64,000 nt of DNA from Okamejei kenojei (Eukaryota): NCBI GenBank assembly GCA_035221665.1, contig CM069151.1, forward strand, positions 39,618,001 to 39,682,000, written 5' to 3'. The position numbers were made by a program, and so were the translations under genes. The notes below the pieces were generated by a model. That model was not told the origin of the DNA, made no database searches, and saw nothing but the letters and a program-made list of their open reading frames with translations. Below, piece by piece: positions 60,436-64,000 of the stretch; positions within the stretch are counted from its first letter, which is position 1; every line of letters starts with the position of its first letter.

Positions 60436-62940
60436 CGGGCACAAGGGGGGGGGGGGGGTGGGGGTAGTGTAAGCGGGGCACAAGGTGGGGTAGTGTAAGC
60501 GGGGCGGGGGGTAGTGGGGGGTAAGCGGGGGCACAAGGGGGGTAGTGTAAGCGGGGGCACAAGGGGGGTAGTGTAAGCGGGGCACAAGGGGGGTAGTGTA
60601 AGCGGTGGCACAAGGGGGGTAGTGTAAGCGGGGCACAAGGGGGGGTAGTGTAAGCGGGGCACAAGGGGTAGTGTAAGCGGGGCAGGTGGGTGTAAGCGGG
60701 GCACAAGGGGGGTAGTGTAAGCGGGGCACAAGGGGGGTAGTGTAAGCGGGGCATGGGGGTAGTGTAAGCGGGGCACAGGGGGTAGTGTAAGGGGGGGGGT
60801 AAGCGGGGCGGGGTAGTGGGGGGGGCACAGGGGGGTAGTGTAAGCGGGGGCACAAGGGGGGTAGTGTAAGCGGGGCACAAGGGGGTAGTGTAAGCGGGGC
60901 ACAGGGGGTAGTGTAAGCGGGGCACAGGGGGGTAGTGTAAGCGGGGCACAAGGGGTAGTGTAAGCGGGGCACAATGGGGGGTAGTGTAAGCGGGGCACAA
61001 GGGGGTAGTGTAAGCGGGGCACAGGGGGTAGTGTAAGCGGGGCACAAGGGGGTAGTGTAAGCGGGGCACAAGGGGGGTAGTGTAAGCGGGGCACAAGGGG
61101 GGTAGTGTAAGCGGGGCACAGGGGGTAGTGTAAGCGGGGCACAGGGGGTAGTGTAAGCGGGGCGACAAGGGGGGTAGTGTAAGCGGGGCACAAGGGGGTT
61201 GTAAGCGGGGCACAGGGGGGTAGTGTAAGCGGGGCACAAGGGGGTAGTGTAAGCGGGGCACAAGGGGGGTAGTGTAAGCGGGGCACAAGGGGGTAGTGTA
61301 AGCGGGGCACAAGGGGGGTAAGTGTAAGCGGGGCCAGGGGGTAGTGTAAGCGGGGGCACAAGGGGGTTGTGTAGTGTAAGCGGGGGCACAAGGGGGGTAG
61401 TGTAAGCGGGGCACAAGGGGGGGTAGTGTAAGCGGGGCACAAGGGGGTAGTAGTGTAAGCGGGGCACAAGGGGGGTGTAGCGGGGCACAAGGGGGTGTAG
61501 TGTAGCGGGGGCGACAAGGGGGGTAGTGTAAGCGGGGCACAAGGGGGGTAGTGTAAGCGGGGCACAAGGGGGGTAGTGTAAGCGGGGCACAAGGGGGGTA
61601 GTGTAAGCGGGGCGGGGCACAGGGGGGTAGTGTAAGCGGGGCACAGGGGGTTAGGGGGGTAGTGTGTAAGCGGGGCACAAGGGGGGTAGTGTAAGCGGGG
61701 CAGGGGGGTAGTGTAAGCGGGGCACAAGGGGGGTAGTGTAAGCGGGGCACAGGGGGTAGTGTAAGCGGGGCACGGGGCACAAGGGGGTAGTGTAAGCGGG
61801 GGGCACAAGGGGGTAGTGTAAGCGGGGCACAAGGGGGGTAGTGTAAGCGGGGCACAAGGGGGTAGTGTAAGCGGGGCACAGGGGGTAGTGTAAGCGGGGC
61901 ACAAGGGGGGTAGTGTAAGCGGGGGCACAGGGGGTAGTGTAAGCGGGGCACAAGGGGGTAGTGTAAGCGGGGCACAGGGGGGTAGTGTAAGCGGGGCACA
62001 AGGGGGGTAGTGTAAGCGGGGCACAAGGGGGGTAGTGTAAGCGGGGCACAGGGGGGTAGTGTAAGCGGGGCACAGGGGGGTAGTGTAAGCGGGGCACAAG
62101 GGGGGTAGTGTAAGCGGGGCGAGGGGGGTAGTGTAAGCGGGGCACAGGGGGGTAGTGTAAGCGGGGCACAGGGGGGTAGTGTAAGCGGGGCACAAGGGGG
62201 GTAGTGTAAGCGGGGCACAAGGGGGGTAGTGTAAGCGGGGCGAAGGGGGGTAGTGTAAGCGGGGCACAAGGGGGTAGTGTAAGCGGGGGCACAAGGGGGG
62301 TAGTGTAAGCGGGGGCACAAGGGGGTAGTGTAAGCGGGGCACAGGGGGGTAGTGTAAGCGGGGCACAAGGGGGGTAGTGTAAGCGGGGCACAGGGGGTAG
62401 TGTAAGCGGGGCACAAGGGGTAGTGTAAGCGGGGCACAGGGGGGTAGTGTAAGCGGGGACAGGGGGGTAGTGTAAGCGGGGCGAGGGGGGTAGTGTAAGC
62501 GGGGCACAGGGGGTAGTGTAAGCGGGGCACAAGGGGGTAGTGTAAGCGGGGGGGGGGTGTGTTAAGCGGGGCACAAGGGGGTAGTGTAAGCGGGGCACAG
62601 GGGGGTAGTGTAAGCGGGGCACAGGGGGGTAGTGTAAGCGGGGCACAGGGGGTAGTGTAGTGTAAGCGGGGCACGGGGGGTAGTGTAAGCGGGGCACAGG
62701 GGGTAGTGTGTAAGCGGGGCACAAGGGGGGTAGTGTAAGCGGGGCGGGGGGTAGTGTAGGTAAGCGGGGCACAGGGGGTAGTGTAAGCGGGGCACAGGGG
62801 GTAGTGTAGTGTACGGGGCACAAGTGGGCACAGGGGGTAGTGTAAGCGGGGCGAGGGGGTAGTGTAAGCGGGGCAGGGCCACGGGGCACAGGGGGTAGTG
62901 TACGGGGAAATGGGGGTAGTGTAAGCGGGGCGAGGGGGGG
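60436..62940. repeat. G-rich minisatellite, ~100 units of 24-26 bp (GTAGTGTAAGCGGGGCACA(A)GGGGG(G))
   Basis: Directly visible tandem array; variation is mostly in G-run length. Confidence 0.97.
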
Positions 62941-63059
62941 AAGAGTTGCGCGGGGAGGGCGACAAGGATTGACGAGGCAGAGATGACGGAGCAGCAAGGG
63001 GGCCAGGCGAAGGGAAGGGCGTAACGGGTTTTTTTCGCGCATCAGCCTGGTGTTCAGTC

Positions 63060-63893
63060 AAGGGTGTTGTTTACCAGAGTATACATTTCTCAGCAGAGTG
63101 ATGCAATTGACAAGAGGTGGAGAGACCACGGACGGGACCAATAGGATACGGGACCATAGGCTCCACCTCTTGCTTGTAATGTGCTTGTGTTTCTAAACCA
63201 ATTCATTGAAACGCGAAGAACTGCATGTGAAAGGAGAGTTTAAGAAGAGAAATAGATATCCATGTATCATTGGGGAGAGTGGAACTGAGAGAAATAATTA
63301 AAGAGGGCTTAACAAAATAATGGCAGAGAGGATGGGAAAAGGAAGTCAGGGGTAGACACTACTTTTCTGTACAAGCTGAAGTTAGAAAAATATGTTTCTG
63401 TACATCTCTGTCCCGTAGGGACTCAGTTAGACTGTGTAGATTGAGGTTGGGACATTGTGGGTTAAATTACTGTTTGTTTTCCTAGAATGTAAAAAGTATA
63501 GGGTAGAAAGAAAGGCATTGTTTGCTAGACTGACAGGACTTGGAGTTGAGGCTTTTTCTGTTTTATCTTTGTTTGGACACAGTGAGAAACATCAGCTGAT
63601 ATCCAGGGCTGTTCTTCAATTCCTGCATGTTACAGGACTGTATGTAAGAATTTAGTTCAAACTTTGACCTGTGGAGGTCATTGATACGCTTAGCAGCGTC
63701 TACACTGCCGGAATCCTATAAGAAGAAACATAGAAAAACATAGAAATTAGGTGCAGGAGCAGGCCATTCGGCCCTTCGAGCCTGCACCGCCATTCAATAT
63801 GATCATGGCTGATCATCCAACTCAATATCCTGTACCTGCCTTCTCTCCATACCCCCTGATCCCTTCAGCCACAAGGGCCAAGAAGAAGAAGAA
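63060..63893 (+). mobile_element. I/Nimb-like LINE 3' fragment with (AAG)n tail, split by a minus-strand CR1 end (63725-63880)
   Basis: RLCRLRLGHCG and VFLECKKYRVER motifs. The tail cctataagaagaa resumes as aagaagaagaag after the CR1. Confidence 0.6.
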
Positions 63894-64000
63894 GGTGGCT
63901 GATAAAAGAGACTCAAAGTGCCGGAGCAACTCGGCGAGTCGGGCGATAATTCTGGAGAACATGGACGTGTGACATTTCAGTCAGGACTCTTCTTCAGGCG

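Noticed and set aside
60436-62940. CRISPR-like array
   Set aside because: No unique spacers, no cas genes, and a eukaryotic context.
60381-63061. Long Pro-rich ORFs (708, 890, 413 and 463 aa)
   Set aside because: They are translations of the C-rich strand of the minisatellite, open in all frames because the unit lacks stop codons.

Overview
Repeat-dense, AT-rich vertebrate genomic DNA. The repeat landscape (HE1/V-SINE-like SINEs, CR1, L1, RTE, Rex1/Babar, Penelope, DIRS) suggests a cartilaginous fish such as a skate or ray; this is inference. The main finding is a complete, manually assembled 6-exon, + strand immunoglobulin-superfamily gene (29679-56026, 335 aa). Its exons encode a leader, a germline-joined VJ-type V domain with a CD28/CTLA-4-like PPP loop, an Ig C1-set domain, an uncharged TM segment, and a tail with an ITIM (ICYAKL) followed by an ITSM (TVYSPV). 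All splice phases match, the frame is open, and a TATA/CCAAT promoter and AATAAA signals flank it. This looks like a non-rearranging V-C1 inhibitory immune receptor. A CpG island at ~20.0-20.5 kb and a candidate exon at 2430-2526 suggest a divergent minus-strand housekeeping gene. Five DIRS1-type tyrosine-recombinase retrotransposon copies or ends are present, three inside the receptor's introns. Their junctions reveal a CTATT(TT) crossover core and a conserved 5' splice donor. Other features: an old CR1 shattered over 17 kb by nested insertions, a hAT-like element with a DUP-INV-DUP rearrangement, an integrase-only Gypsy LTR element, Penelope hammerhead-like motifs and a 2.5-kb G-rich minisatellite. 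All coordinates were counted by hand and no database searches were run.
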